In this document: positions 1 through 10,853 of the stretch, piece by piece
Numbering within the stretch: position 1 is the stretch's first letter
How the letters are laid out: every line of letters starts with the position of its first letter
IMG/VR virus record: IMGVR_UViG_3300011008_000009
Coordinates: 74,579 to 138,578 of that record
DNA from: a virus
DNA length: 64,000 nucleotides
Reading direction: 5' to 3' (one strand)
Position numbers and translations under genes: made by a program
The notes under the pieces: model-generated
What the model saw: only the letters and a program-made list of their open reading frames with translations
Database searches by the model: none
What the model was told of the DNA's origin: nothing

Positions 1-1
1 T

Positions 2-364
2 GGAGACGATTATGTAAGTAAACTTATTCCTAAAAATTTTTGTTATGGTTGCTATAATCTGAAAACTATTAATTTAGGAGAAGCAGAAATACTTGACGAC
101 GGATGTTTCCAAAATTGTGCTTCTTTAAGAGAAGTTACTATCCCTACTACAGTTAAACAATTGGGTACTAACGTTTTCTATGATTGTTTTAATTTAAAGA
201 CATTAAAAGTTCCCACTGTTTATCCTAGTGGTGTTGGCGCCTGGATAGAAAATCCTAATATAGTTTCAGACGCAAATAGAATAAATTGGATAGACCCTAC
301 CTTTACAACGGTTACTAATTACAATGGGGATGTGATTAAATGGAAGAAAGCAGTAATACATTAA
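2..364 (+). CDS. C-terminal part of leucine-rich-repeat (BspA/LRR_5-like) protein, truncated by window start
   Basis: Frame is open from base 2 and reads LIPKNFCYGCYNLKTINLGEAEILDDGCFQNCASLREVTIPTTV, an LRR_5 pattern. Confidence 0.75.
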   Translation, partial: GDDYVSKLIPKNFCYGCYNLKTINLGEAEILDDGCFQNCASLREVTIPTTVKQLGTNVFYDCFNLKTLKVPTVYPSGVGAWIENPNIVSDANRINWIDPTFTTVTNYNGDVIKWKKAVIH

Positions 365-606
365 TCAGAGAATTAACCAATTTATTTAAATTAATTTTAA
401 TTAGTGGTGAACCCACAAGTGAAGTAGAATATAGAGAAAATGTGCAGGATACTGCTCATCTATTAAATATTACGGTTCAACAAAAGGATAAGGGCGAAGC
501 AAAGTACGAAGTTAGTAGATTAAGTAGTAAATATAAAACGCAATACAATACTTTGCCCGAAGAAGAGGGTGCCACCCGGAGATTATATTTTATAAAGGAG
601 ACTTAA
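340..606 (+). CDS. hypothetical protein in structural operon
   Basis: ORF overlapping upstream stop, contiguous with operon. Confidence 0.6.
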   Translation: MEESSNTLIRELTNLFKLILISGEPTSEVEYRENVQDTAHLLNITVQQKDKGEAKYEVSRLSSKYKTQYNTLPEEEGATRRLYFIKET

Positions 607-2346
607 ATGTTACAAGAAGTTAGAAACATTAGCGGTTATTATATTAATGATGCTAACAATATAATAAATAACGCCAATGCTAATATTTTGGAATATAATT
701 TCGCGCAGGTCATACAAGACCCAGATAATATAGTAAAGTACATAAAGGTAGTTTCGTCTGAGGATTTTAATAGCTTAGAGTTAAGAAATGATACTTTGTA
801 TTTTATTAATGATATTAACGAAGAAGTCTCTGAGGTTACAGATATACTTGATATTGCATTAAGTAACTACGGAAGTGAAGATGGTGAACCTAACACATTA
901 TGGGTATTAACCGTAGATTACGAAATGGAAATGGTTTATCTATGGAGTAGCGCGGTTAATAAAGGACTTTTTACCATTCGTAAGGTTTGGAAAGGTTTTA
1001 AAAATGGCGCGATGGCTTTTGATGGAACGTGGGATTATGTTAGAGGAAAAGATTATAGTGTACTTTACACTGAAGCCGAACCTTTTGTAGTCCTTATCCG
1101 TAATGATGATAAGCTATTTGCTTTTCCAAGTTTAAATTATAAAACCAGTGGTGGAACCTATGAAGCTAAATTAATTGCTCCCGCCGAGTCCGAAACCGAA
1201 GCAACAGTAACCTATGTTAGTGTGGATAAGGGATACGGATCAAAGCTATTTAAAGATACCGATATGGGTATGGTTATCTGCTTTATTCAAGCAAATTCTG
1301 GTAGTTATAAAATTGCTTACTCAATGTACACCTATCCAGATGAAAATACCGATACCAAAGAATTAATAGGACCAGAGACTATATTCACTCAAAATGAAGC
1401 AATTACTCAGGTAACGGTTCGGCGTCTAAATGACTATCGAGTTGGTATTACATATAATTACAATAAGACAGTAGATGGTACTTTAACCTATAAAACTGGT
1501 TTTAGATATAGTAGAAGAGAATATTCGGGAGTTGCTTTTCACCCCGAATTTTTTGAAATAGAAAATAAATTTCGACCAAGTAGTATACTATATGGCGCTG
1601 TAAGAACAGATAATAAGAATACAGTACCAGTACCTAGATTAGTTTTGGAAAATGATAGGCGAGATAATAGTTCAACACTATATTTCCAACTTGGTTTAGG
1701 TAGCGAACTAAATCTACAATTAGTCAAATTAGAGGCTTTAAATCCTAATGACCCTAATAGCAAAGGCGCGATCACGTTATTTGCCGATGCAGGATTTGAA
1801 GTGGTGAATGATTATCCTTATGGTTATTACGAAGTAGATGGAACACCTTCTAAAGCTGAAATTGAATGGATAAGAGCTGAGGGTACAAGATTAATTGTTA
1901 AATTAATGGGCGATAAAATGCCCTTAACGCCTTTTGTGTTACAGCCTAATTATCAATCAACTTATAGCTATTTGCTTCGCTTTGATGGTAGTGTAGATAA
2001 ACAGCAACAGCATGGAGATGTTAAAGGTTGGTTTGCATTTACTAATGGAACTTCTTATGAGTATAAGAAAAATCCAAAAAGAAGTTGGGGAGCTTCTGCA
2101 GATGAAATCTTTTGGGGATTAGGCACTAGCACATTTCAAGTAGATTGGTCCAGTTGCTTTTATGCTACTTTTATGACCTCAATAACTATTGGTGTAGAAT
2201 TAGGTTTTTATCATTCTACTTATAATAATAATCATATGGACTCTGTTCAATTTATTACTCCTACCTTGTCAGAGCCTTATATTCGTCTTAATGTAACAAG
2301 CAGTTACTCTAATGTTATGAGTTCTGGAGGTATTATAGATGTTTAA
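607..2346 (+). CDS. putative phage structural/tail-associated protein
   Basis: long ORF; overlaps next start. Confidence 0.75.
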   Translation: MLQEVRNISGYYINDANNIINNANANILEYNFAQVIQDPDNIVKYIKVVSSEDFNSLELRNDTLYFINDINEEVSEVTDILDIALSNYGSEDGEPNTLWVLTVDYEMEMVYLWSSAVNKGLFTIRKVWKGFKNGAMAFDGTWDYVRGKDYSVLYTEAEPFVVLIRNDDKLFAFPSLNYKTSGGTYEAKLIAPAESETEATVTYVSVDKGYGSKLFKDTDMGMVICFIQANSGSYKIAYSMYTYPDENTDTKELIGPETIFTQNEAITQVTVRRLNDYRVGITYNYNKTVDGTLTYKTGFRYSRREYSGVAFHPEFFEIENKFRPSSILYGAVRTDNKNTVPVPRLVLENDRRDNSSTLYFQLGLGSELNLQLVKLEALNPNDPNSKGAITLFADAGFEVVNDYPYGYYEVDGTPSKAEIEWIRAEGTRLIVKLMGDKMPLTPFVLQPNYQSTYSYLLRFDGSVDKQQQHGDVKGWFAFTNGTSYEYKKNPKRSWGASADEIFWGLGTSTFQVDWSSCFYATFMTSITIGVELGFYHSTYNNNHMDSVQFITPTLSEPYIRLNVTSSYSNVMSSGGIIDV

Positions 2347-4018
2347 TACAGAAAAACAAAATTGTATAGAATGTCATAATAAATATGAATTTATTGTTTT
2401 AGATGAAAATAGAGAAGTCGTTGAAAAAGGAACTTACTATAATTCCGCTGACTCTGGAGTATATGCAGAGGAAATTGGAAGTTCCAAAACTAATTCTACT
2501 ACTGTTAATCTTATCTATACACCGCCCGAAGGAGAAGAAAGTACTACTGGTTTCGGAGTAAGTTTTAGTAAGGTTAATGCTGAAACTATATATGATTTTG
2601 GAGATACTATTGAGTTTGTTGGCTCATTAGAAATTTCTTCTAATCAGTTGATAGGTAGTATAAGTAAAATAGCTTTAGGTCATGGAAAAAGGAATGAAGA
2701 TGACGAAGAGTCAAATGAAGTTAAATATTGGTCAGAAACTAATTGTAGTATTAGTATGGGTGAAAAAAACACTCTAATTCTGAATATATATTTAAACTTT
2801 AGCGTGTTGGCGCCGAGTGGCAAAAGATATGACAAAAAATTTAGTTCGTTGTTGAATAACGGATACAATTATTTTCCGACCCCAGGCGCGCTTTCTATAG
2901 AAATAAGTTCTGTACCAATAAGTGGATTACCTTCTCCACTTGCCAAAAGAGTACCTACCTTTATGTCATTACCTACAACAACAGAGTTAGGAGATTTTAG
3001 TTCTCCTTGTTTTATTAGAAGAAATCCTAGTAATTTGGAAGACCAAGAAGGGGTATTGTTTTTACCCTCTGTGGGTGTCAAAAAAGTATACGGTTTTGGA
3101 GACAAGAGTAATTTCAATTGTGGAATTATGGAAACTATGGTCTTTCCAGATATTGGCGCATCAACCTTTACCGCTTCGGGAGCAGGAGGCGGGGTATTTA
3201 CAACTATTATACCCGTCGTTAAACTTTACGCACAGGATTTAAGAGAGTTATCAGACCAAAATACTGACCAGTATTTCTACTGTGCAATACCTAAGTGTTG
3301 TTTATTAGAAGAGACGCAAATAGTAGTAAACAATACAGTTATAGAACCAGGCAGTATTACTTTTACTGACCCTAGTGAATTACATACAATTGGGGTTACG
3401 GCAGTTGGTATGACTTCTGATGAGCAAGTAAGTATCAATACTTATCGAAATACGAATGTAGGTTCCAGTTATGCCAATTATCTCTTTGAGACTGATGGTT
3501 ACTGGGAGCCGCCAAGCGGATCGGCTGTTAGTCCTACTTATGTATATTTAGCATCGGCGCCAAAATATGTAGTAACAGGAGCAAATATTAGTTGCTCATT
3601 CCAAGGGAAGAATGTAAATACAGACGATTGGGAAAGTATTGGTTCTGCATCAAGATATGATAAAGTAACTCTAAATTATGACACTTCATTATATAACGCT
3701 TACCGAGCTATAGTGTCGGCGCCGAGTAGTAGCAGTACAGGATATTATCTAAACGAAACAGAAAAAGTAGTTTTATCTTTAAAATCATATGACGAAATGA
3801 TTTTGAGAATTGGTGACGAGTCCAATAATTTTACTAGAACAGGTATTAAGATTACAATTGGACAAATTAATACTTGGCTTGCAGCGATGGGAGCAGACCA
3901 ATCAAAGACAGCCTATACGGTAGGCTTGCAGGTTACAATACGTAATGCTATGTTTAAGTCTGCTAACACCGTAGCATATATGCAATATAATGTTACTACA
4001 ACGGGGGCGAGTGTATAA
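2339..4018 (+). CDS. putative phage structural/tail-associated protein
   Basis: long ORF in tightly packed operon. Confidence 0.75.
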   Translation: MFNTEKQNCIECHNKYEFIVLDENREVVEKGTYYNSADSGVYAEEIGSSKTNSTTVNLIYTPPEGEESTTGFGVSFSKVNAETIYDFGDTIEFVGSLEISSNQLIGSISKIALGHGKRNEDDEESNEVKYWSETNCSISMGEKNTLILNIYLNFSVLAPSGKRYDKKFSSLLNNGYNYFPTPGALSIEISSVPISGLPSPLAKRVPTFMSLPTTTELGDFSSPCFIRRNPSNLEDQEGVLFLPSVGVKKVYGFGDKSNFNCGIMETMVFPDIGASTFTASGAGGGVFTTIIPVVKLYAQDLRELSDQNTDQYFYCAIPKCCLLEETQIVVNNTVIEPGSITFTDPSELHTIGVTAVGMTSDEQVSINTYRNTNVGSSYANYLFETDGYWEPPSGSAVSPTYVYLASAPKYVVTGANISCSFQGKNVNTDDWESIGSASRYDKVTLNYDTSLYNAYRAIVSAPSSSSTGYYLNETEKVVLSLKSYDEMILRIGDESNNFTRTGIKITIGQINTWLAAMGADQSKTAYTVGLQVTIRNAMFKSANTVAYMQYNVTTTGASV

Positions 4019-6216
4019 TGGATTTAAGTCTTTTAAACCCCGATATTCAAATAACTAATAATTATTATTTTACATTAAAAAACTCAGAGGGAAAGGTTAT
4101 TCAACAAGAAGTTGTTCATAATGAAGCTCAATGGAAAAAATATATTAGACACCGAATGACAAGTTTAAGTTTATATTTAGGAATTTTTACTGAACGAGAT
4201 GCTTTAAGATATCAGACTAATGGATATTGGAATGAAGGATATGCTGCACAAATTAGTGGAAAAACCATAAAAGACTCAGAGGGTAATGAGATTTTTATAC
4301 CAACTGGTGGTTATACTGTAGAATCAGGCAAACAGTATAAAGTAGGTGAGCCTAATGTAATATTTAAACCAAGTATGAAAAAAAATCCTTCTTCGTTATT
4401 TGGTACACAAGTATTTGCAGGATCAATGAGTTGGTCTTGTGATAAAATATTTAAAAATGATGAAGGTTATTGTGTAAGATACGTGGGTAAAACCACTTGG
4501 GGATATCATAGTGACACTAATCCTTATAATCAATATCACGAAGGTTCTGGCAGCGCAAGCAGTAGTAATGCTGGTTTTGACTTTAGTGAACAATCACCAA
4601 ACGAAAATAAATTTGGTATAAAACTGTTTGATGGTGGGTTAGGCTCTCGTAATTTTGGCTTATTTACTCACTTCGCTACAAGTATGATTAAAGCTCCTAC
4701 TGATATTCTAGAAATTAAAGTTGAAGTTGTTTTTATGCGAATAAAAATCGGTATAGCTGGCGGCACACCGATAGCTCCTTGTATGAACGCAGGATTTGGT
4801 CACAGTCTTAATTCTCCTAATTCTTCTTTAACTAGTTTTTATCCATCTACCTTTGGTGTTTCAGTGTATCCAACATATAGGGTGCAAAATATTGATGAAG
4901 TACCTGATGATATGACGGATTTTCAAACTGCAATTACTGGTAACATCCCTCCAATAGGAAGTCATAGTCTATTTAGTTTATCTAGTTATGACGTATACGA
5001 TCAGTGGTTAACTACTGATACTCCAACAGATTGGGATGAAGAAACAAATGGAACTTGGTATGGTTTTCCATTACATCTTAATACTCATTGTGAAGGCTGG
5101 TCTCCTTATGTAATGCGTACTGAAATTTTAAAAGATGGTACTGAAGTTAAAAAATATGTTTGCGACACTGACGGAACACGAAGAATATCTTTTGGTGAGT
5201 TAGAACAATCAACTGTATTGAAATACAGAAGTTCTTGTATTGGACCCATTTCATGCACTTTGATAAATGGTTTTACTACTTATGGTAACCAGAATCTTGT
5301 GCCACAAAATGGAGATAGTCATACAGTTACTTTTATAAATATAGGTTATGGAGATGGAGTAAGAACTAGATTTTATCATCCTTTTACAAAAGGAATAATT
5401 AAAGCCTATTATACAGTTGGTTCATCAATGTATGATGCACAAACCATTAACTATTATCGCACCTCCGATAATATATTTGCAAGATACCCTAACTTCTCTT
5501 GTTATAGAAATGGAGAAAAACTTTTTAGTCATCGACCTAGAAGTGTTGATGGTTCTCCAAGTTTACCTATTAATAATAGAATTTTTAATGAAGATTTAGC
5601 AGATAGAAAAAATATTGAGCACCCCTACTCAGCTTATCAAAACTATTTTCCCGAAAGTAAACAGACTATTTTTGGTTTACATCCTTTTGATAATAATTAC
5701 TATCCAATTAGAGGATTATTAGGGAAAAGCGAAATCGTAGTTCATGACTTTATTACTGCAGGTAAGATTATCGGTAGTGGCTGGAATGGACTTGACCGTG
5801 ACCAATGGTGGTCGGCGCCAATGCATATTATAACAGGTGACAACGAGGACGAGGTTGGACAAGGAATAGGACGAGAAATAGTGCTTCAATCTTTTCCTTC
5901 TCAGCACGATGAAACCAGATTTAATTTTGAATGTGACCGATACGTAGGTTTTTATGGTGGCGAATACTGGCAACTTGGTAGTGCTTACGCTGGAGGATTA
6001 AGATATGCAGGATATACTCCAATGTCGGTAAGAATAACCGAAGGACGGGATAATGATGTAGAAGGTTATATAGAATTTGACCAACCGGTCCCTGCTAATG
6101 CCAAAGTATATGTAAATGTTGATTTTAGTGGAGTTTCATTTTTGGGCAGCTTCTCAGAAGTTAGTGGTAAAGGATACTTTTCATTAGGGTCAAAGAAAGA
6201 CAATGGTAAATCTTAA
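4018..6216 (+). CDS. putative phage structural/tail-associated protein
   Basis: long ORF, TAATG coupling with previous gene. Confidence 0.75.
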   Translation: MDLSLLNPDIQITNNYYFTLKNSEGKVIQQEVVHNEAQWKKYIRHRMTSLSLYLGIFTERDALRYQTNGYWNEGYAAQISGKTIKDSEGNEIFIPTGGYTVESGKQYKVGEPNVIFKPSMKKNPSSLFGTQVFAGSMSWSCDKIFKNDEGYCVRYVGKTTWGYHSDTNPYNQYHEGSGSASSSNAGFDFSEQSPNENKFGIKLFDGGLGSRNFGLFTHFATSMIKAPTDILEIKVEVVFMRIKIGIAGGTPIAPCMNAGFGHSLNSPNSSLTSFYPSTFGVSVYPTYRVQNIDEVPDDMTDFQTAITGNIPPIGSHSLFSLSSYDVYDQWLTTDTPTDWDEETNGTWYGFPLHLNTHCEGWSPYVMRTEILKDGTEVKKYVCDTDGTRRISFGELEQSTVLKYRSSCIGPISCTLINGFTTYGNQNLVPQNGDSHTVTFINIGYGDGVRTRFYHPFTKGIIKAYYTVGSSMYDAQTINYYRTSDNIFARYPNFSCYRNGEKLFSHRPRSVDGSPSLPINNRIFNEDLADRKNIEHPYSAYQNYFPESKQTIFGLHPFDNNYYPIRGLLGKSEIVVHDFITAGKIIGSGWNGLDRDQWWSAPMHIITGDNEDEVGQGIGREIVLQSFPSQHDETRFNFECDRYVGFYGGEYWQLGSAYAGGLRYAGYTPMSVRITEGRDNDVEGYIEFDQPVPANAKVYVNVDFSGVSFLGSFSEVSGKGYFSLGSKKDNGKS

Positions 6217-6228
6217 TAACGTAGGTGA

Positions 6229-8067
6229 GTGATAGAATTGTTAAAAATTCATAATTATTATGAAATAGAAGTATTAGATTATGATGGAAATGTTAAATCT
6301 AGTGCGAAAGCCTATAACACAGCTTATAGTAAAAACTATAATGCAAGTCCAATGATTTATATTCTGCGACTTTTCAAAGCTAATGGTGGCTATCGTGAAA
6401 ATTATATTGAACCATATCTCGATCCCGATACTCACGAACCAATAAATGACGCTAACTACTGGGAACGAGAGGGAGAACCTAGTTTTGAAGGTACTGCATA
6501 TAAATGCGTAGTTCTCTTTCTAGCCGACGGTAGTTCTGGACAACTTACTAGTGTTCAATTGCGCGGAAACTTGGAAATGTCAATGGCTGAGCTTCAAGAT
6601 ATAGAAGGAAAGGCTATATATTTAGATTATGGGGCAGGAGATAGTTTCCGTGTTACAGCGCATATCTATTTTGAGACAGATATAAATGAAATAAAAGGCG
6701 GCAGCGCCTCTACAAGTTCTTTTTATAGAAGACTAATGTCATTTTATCCTATTAAATTTTTTAACGCACAGAACTCTATATTCTGTGGCTGCATAGGGCG
6801 CCAAACAGAATTATTAAAAGTTGCGGATCGGCGCCCATCGAGAGAAGGATATACTAGCGACGGCTATTTACCTCAGTCTCATTCAAATCAATTGGGAATT
6901 AGTAAAAATCCTATTCCTTTGTTAGATGATAAGGGCTTCCTTATGGGAAACGCTGATAATTGTCAGTTATTTCAAAAGGTAACCGAAGGTTTGATTTATA
7001 AAAATTCCACGACTAAGGGTTCTCAATGGAAAGGTTTAATTACTTCTTTGGTCTTTCCCGGTATTGGATTGATAGATTTGCGCGACAGCAATATGGGACC
7101 GCTACATGAAGGAATATTGCCTGGGAACAAAGTAATAAAACAAAGCGTACCTAATAACGAAAATGGTTACTTATATGAATGTTTCGTACCGCAGGAGTAT
7201 GTTAAAAATGGAGAAAGGTACGACAGCTTAATTAGTATTACTAAGAACGCTTTTTATAATGCAGAAACCATTACGGTTAAAAGAGATAGGCTTGGTTTTA
7301 TAGATGTTGTTCCTTTGGATAAATCTTATTTTTCTGATTTAATAGATGATTATAGAATAAGAAGATGTAAGAGTTTTATTCAACCCATTCCACTTACCGA
7401 CAAGCATTGGGTCGGCGCCGAAAGCATTATTCCTTGTGGTAGTGGTGATAGTCATAGGTACTATATTGAATATGGCAGCGACCCAGATAGTGATAAATTA
7501 TTAACAGCTAATTATGCAGTAACGGGAGAAGTTCTTGTTAAAACGGGAGTTGACCCAGTTATTTATAAAAAATGTACTTATTGCTATAAATTAGAGTATT
7601 CATATAATGGTAATGATTTCTTTACAGCGATAGATTTTTCCGATACTAAATATTTACCATATAAGAAATATCCTTTCAAAGACTCGGAAGAAAATAATAT
7701 TACGATATCGGCGCCGATATGGAGAGTTTCTAGTTCTATGACGGGTATGAGCGAGCCCATGACAACTTTTAGTGACCCTAGGATTTCTAGACTTTTCGGT
7801 CATATTGATAATAGAGTAGACGGCCCAGCTTCTTTGGGAGATGTAACTAATGGATATGAACATTTATATATGTTTGTCGGTTATGATAGTAAAATAGATA
7901 CTAGACAAAATTTAACTCCCGAAGAACAAGAGTCTTTAATGCATACTCCAGACTATTCCTACGAAAATAAAGGATCTGACTTACCCAATACCTTTGAAAC
8001 AATAGTTCCATACTTATATCATGCGAACGATACTATTTTCTTTAGTGGAAAAATAGAGGTGAGATAA
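6229..8067 (+). CDS. putative phage structural/tail-associated protein
   Basis: long ORF (alternative start possible). Confidence 0.7.
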   Translation: MIELLKIHNYYEIEVLDYDGNVKSSAKAYNTAYSKNYNASPMIYILRLFKANGGYRENYIEPYLDPDTHEPINDANYWEREGEPSFEGTAYKCVVLFLADGSSGQLTSVQLRGNLEMSMAELQDIEGKAIYLDYGAGDSFRVTAHIYFETDINEIKGGSASTSSFYRRLMSFYPIKFFNAQNSIFCGCIGRQTELLKVADRRPSREGYTSDGYLPQSHSNQLGISKNPIPLLDDKGFLMGNADNCQLFQKVTEGLIYKNSTTKGSQWKGLITSLVFPGIGLIDLRDSNMGPLHEGILPGNKVIKQSVPNNENGYLYECFVPQEYVKNGERYDSLISITKNAFYNAETITVKRDRLGFIDVVPLDKSYFSDLIDDYRIRRCKSFIQPIPLTDKHWVGAESIIPCGSGDSHRYYIEYGSDPDSDKLLTANYAVTGEVLVKTGVDPVIYKKCTYCYKLEYSYNGNDFFTAIDFSDTKYLPYKKYPFKDSEENNITISAPIWRVSSSMTGMSEPMTTFSDPRISRLFGHIDNRVDGPASLGDVTNGYEHLYMFVGYDSKIDTRQNLTPEEQESLMHTPDYSYENKGSDLPNTFETIVPYLYHANDTIFFSGKIEVR

Positions 8068-8490
8068 ATGGCAACTCGTAATTTAGACTTCTCAGACGAA
8101 GTCACACTTGGTGATAATCAATACAACAGTATAGTTATAGATATACCAACTCATCAAAAAGATACTAAACTCTATGATTATGGTTCGATAAAAAGCAATA
8201 CCGTTCCTCCATTCTTTACTCTAAAAAGAGGAAATATTACTTTTGGAACTCCCGAAAGGGATTATGATAGGTTAGAAGGTGTACACCCAGTAGATACAGT
8301 TGGAAAGCAAAGTAAACCAATCACTAATTTCTTTACATATAGTATTAAAGTTTTTCCACATTTCGGTGCCTATGGGTTTGTCAACTACAGTAGTCCCGAA
8401 GCTGAAGAAGAAGATAAAGTAAGTACGATTTTCTTTGGTGACAGTGCAGCTACTTTACGAGGGGAGATAAAGTTAGATGAGATTGAGTGA
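8068..8490 (+). CDS. hypothetical structural protein
   Basis: ORF with conserved operon spacing. Confidence 0.65.
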   Translation: MATRNLDFSDEVTLGDNQYNSIVIDIPTHQKDTKLYDYGSIKSNTVPPFFTLKRGNITFGTPERDYDRLEGVHPVDTVGKQSKPITNFFTYSIKVFPHFGAYGFVNYSSPEAEEEDKVSTIFFGDSAATLRGEIKLDEIE

Positions 8491-9304
8491 ATGTAAACAG
8501 ATATTTTACGGAAAAGAAGACCCCGACGCCGAGATGATGGAACGTAAGGATATTATCTATCAGATTTTTCTCGGTGATAGACAAGTTTGGGAAAGAACTT
8601 CTGACGAAGGTACAGAAAAGGCAAGCAATAAAATTACTACCACTTGGAGAATTACAAACGACTTAACTCTTAAGAGTTTAACTGATAGCACAATCATTAC
8701 AGGTAAAATTAATTGGGGAGATAGTTCGGTAGACGATTGGCGGTCTGGAGAATTTAATATACATTATTATGTTGACAGTGGATTGTATGGTATAACCTTT
8801 GATTGTGAATTAATTAAAGATTTGCCTTATGGAGAGGTAGCCGCCATTTCGAGAATAGAAGAATATAACCCTGGCGGAACTTCAACTAATGAATTAATTG
8901 GAGTAACGTTAGGTAAAGTGCCGTTTGCTAGCCATAGACTTGACGATGATTCAAAGGGCGTTTTTGAAGATGTACTCACTATTGAAAATATAGTTGTACC
9001 ACAAGGAGTTACCAAAATACCTCAGCGTCTATTTTATAATACTTCTTTTGAGGAAATTATAATTCCTGCAGCTATTGGAGAAGATGATGAAGAGTTACAA
9101 ATAGATATTGGAGCTTATGCTTTTACGAGCAACGTGGCACAAAAAATTAGAATTGAATCAAAGAATACTATTATAGGAAATTTTGCTTTTGGATATAAGA
9201 CAGATGGTACTTTAATTAATAATTTAATCTATCAGTGTTATGAAAATACCAATGCCTATAATTATGCAATAAACAATGGAATTACTCCTACGATTATTAC
9301 TTAA
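8477..9304 (+). CDS. LRR_5/BspA-like repeat protein
   Basis: TKIPQRLFYNTSFEEIIIPAAIG...IDIGAYAFTSNVAQKIRIESKNTIIGNFAFGYKTDGTLINNLIYQCYENTNAYNYAINNGI. Confidence 0.7.
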   Translation: MRLSECKQIFYGKEDPDAEMMERKDIIYQIFLGDRQVWERTSDEGTEKASNKITTTWRITNDLTLKSLTDSTIITGKINWGDSSVDDWRSGEFNIHYYVDSGLYGITFDCELIKDLPYGEVAAISRIEEYNPGGTSTNELIGVTLGKVPFASHRLDDDSKGVFEDVLTIENIVVPQGVTKIPQRLFYNTSFEEIIIPAAIGEDDEELQIDIGAYAFTSNVAQKIRIESKNTIIGNFAFGYKTDGTLINNLIYQCYENTNAYNYAINNGITPTIIT

Positions 9305-9344
9305 AAATTAGAGAAATCTAACAGCAACCCTACTTTATATAGAG

Positions 9345-9704
9345 GTGATAGCAATGCTTAGAATAGATAATAACAACAATATCTTCTTAACAAAAGGAGA
9401 TAGTGGAATAATTAATATAAAATTAGACAGTACTCCAGCAGGCTATGATGTTATGGAGTTTTATGTACGTCAGGCTCAAAATTTAGATAATGTTCTTATA
9501 TCAATAGTTCAAGGCGTGTCTAGTGAATGTGGACAGATAGCTTATGACAGTGGTACAGGTATTTACACTTTAACTATTTTTAAAGCCGCTACCGAAAATC
9601 TAAAAAGGCGCTCGTATGTATATGATTTTAAACTTAGTGGAACAAATGTAGTTACTACTTTTATTGGTGGAGACGTTAGTAAAAATCAATTTACAATAAC
9701 TTAA
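9345..9704 (+). CDS. putative phage baseplate/upper-type protein (start probably at 9354)
   Basis: MLRIDNNNNIFLTKGDSGIINIKL pattern seen in phage fibre/baseplate proteins. Confidence 0.55.
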   Translation: MIAMLRIDNNNNIFLTKGDSGIINIKLDSTPAGYDVMEFYVRQAQNLDNVLISIVQGVSSECGQIAYDSGTGIYTLTIFKAATENLKRRSYVYDFKLSGTNVVTTFIGGDVSKNQFTIT

Positions 9705-9714
9705 GGAGATAATT

Positions 9715-10578
9715 ATGGCTGATATTAATGGAAAAATAATCCCTGGTCAACAGCTAAATCCTAAAGTAAATACTACTGCTCCTAACATTAATTCTAACGT
9801 AGATACCGAAACAGAAGAGTTAGCTTCGGGCGCTGAGACGGGGGTAGATGTAAATGGAACTATCAATGCGGTCGGCGCCGTAAATCCCGAAGAAGTTAAT
9901 TCAGTAGGTAATCTCAGTGGAGAGTTAGTAAACGATGTTCCTTCTGGTTATGGATATATTTACATCAGATATTCTCACGAATATCCTACTCAAGACTCCG
10001 ATATGTTATTAGTACCCGATGAAGATACTAAATATATGGGTGTTTTGGGTTTAAATAGTCCATTCCCTCCAACGTCTTATACTCGATATCAATGGTCTTT
10101 AATCAGAGGATACGACGGAGAAAAAGGTGACAAGGGCGACAAAGGAGACAAAGGAGAAAGCGGAGACGCGGAAATTACCATTGTTAATGGTTTTTTAATA
10201 ACTGGACAACTTAATGTAGAAGGATGGCAGTTAGACGTGTCGAGAGATAAGTCTTTCTACAGTCAAAGAATTGAAATCACAGAACCTTTATTGCAGGTTA
10301 TAGAGCAAACATTAACGGCGCGAGAACCCAATATAGGTTCAGGTACTGTTTATAATACTTACGAAGATGTTATAAATTCTATGTCTCCTGTTGTAGATTT
10401 GATAGTTAGTTCAAATGTACAGACTGGTCAGAATGAAATTGAAAATTGGAAATTTATTTCTCGCGCGTATTTAATGCGAGAAGATTATATAGATGATACA
10501 TATGGATATTATATATGTTTTGAATGTTATAATGATAGACCAAGTGTATTATTAAGATTTCAAATGAAGGTGATTTAA
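9715..10578 (+). CDS. tail fibre with short collagen-like (GXY) stretch
   Basis: GYDGEKGDKGDKGDKGESGDAE. Confidence 0.75.
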   Translation: MADINGKIIPGQQLNPKVNTTAPNINSNVDTETEELASGAETGVDVNGTINAVGAVNPEEVNSVGNLSGELVNDVPSGYGYIYIRYSHEYPTQDSDMLLVPDEDTKYMGVLGLNSPFPPTSYTRYQWSLIRGYDGEKGDKGDKGDKGESGDAEITIVNGFLITGQLNVEGWQLDVSRDKSFYSQRIEITEPLLQVIEQTLTAREPNIGSGTVYNTYEDVINSMSPVVDLIVSSNVQTGQNEIENWKFISRAYLMREDYIDDTYGYYICFECYNDRPSVLLRFQMKVI

Positions 10579-10853
10579 TGGCTATTGATGTTGAGCTTCC
10601 GTATAGAGAAGGTGCGCAAGAAATACAAAATGCGACTGAGTATAGTGAAGTTTCGCCCATAAACACCGTTGAGGCTTTTTTAGTTAATCACGGTACAATA
10701 CCTCTTGAATTACCTTTTGAATTATATGATACCCATGTGTGTATGGCTTATGAATATTCCGAATGTGCTTTATTAGAACCTGTAGATAGTGGAGAAGGCT
10801 TAGGCGGAATATTGATAGCAGAAAACGAAGAGGAGGAAATAAACGTTGATTAA
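10578..10853 (+). CDS. small hypothetical protein
   Basis: ORF coupled to neighbours. Confidence 0.6.
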   Translation: MAIDVELPYREGAQEIQNATEYSEVSPINTVEAFLVNHGTIPLELPFELYDTHVCMAYEYSECALLEPVDSGEGLGGILIAENEEEEINVD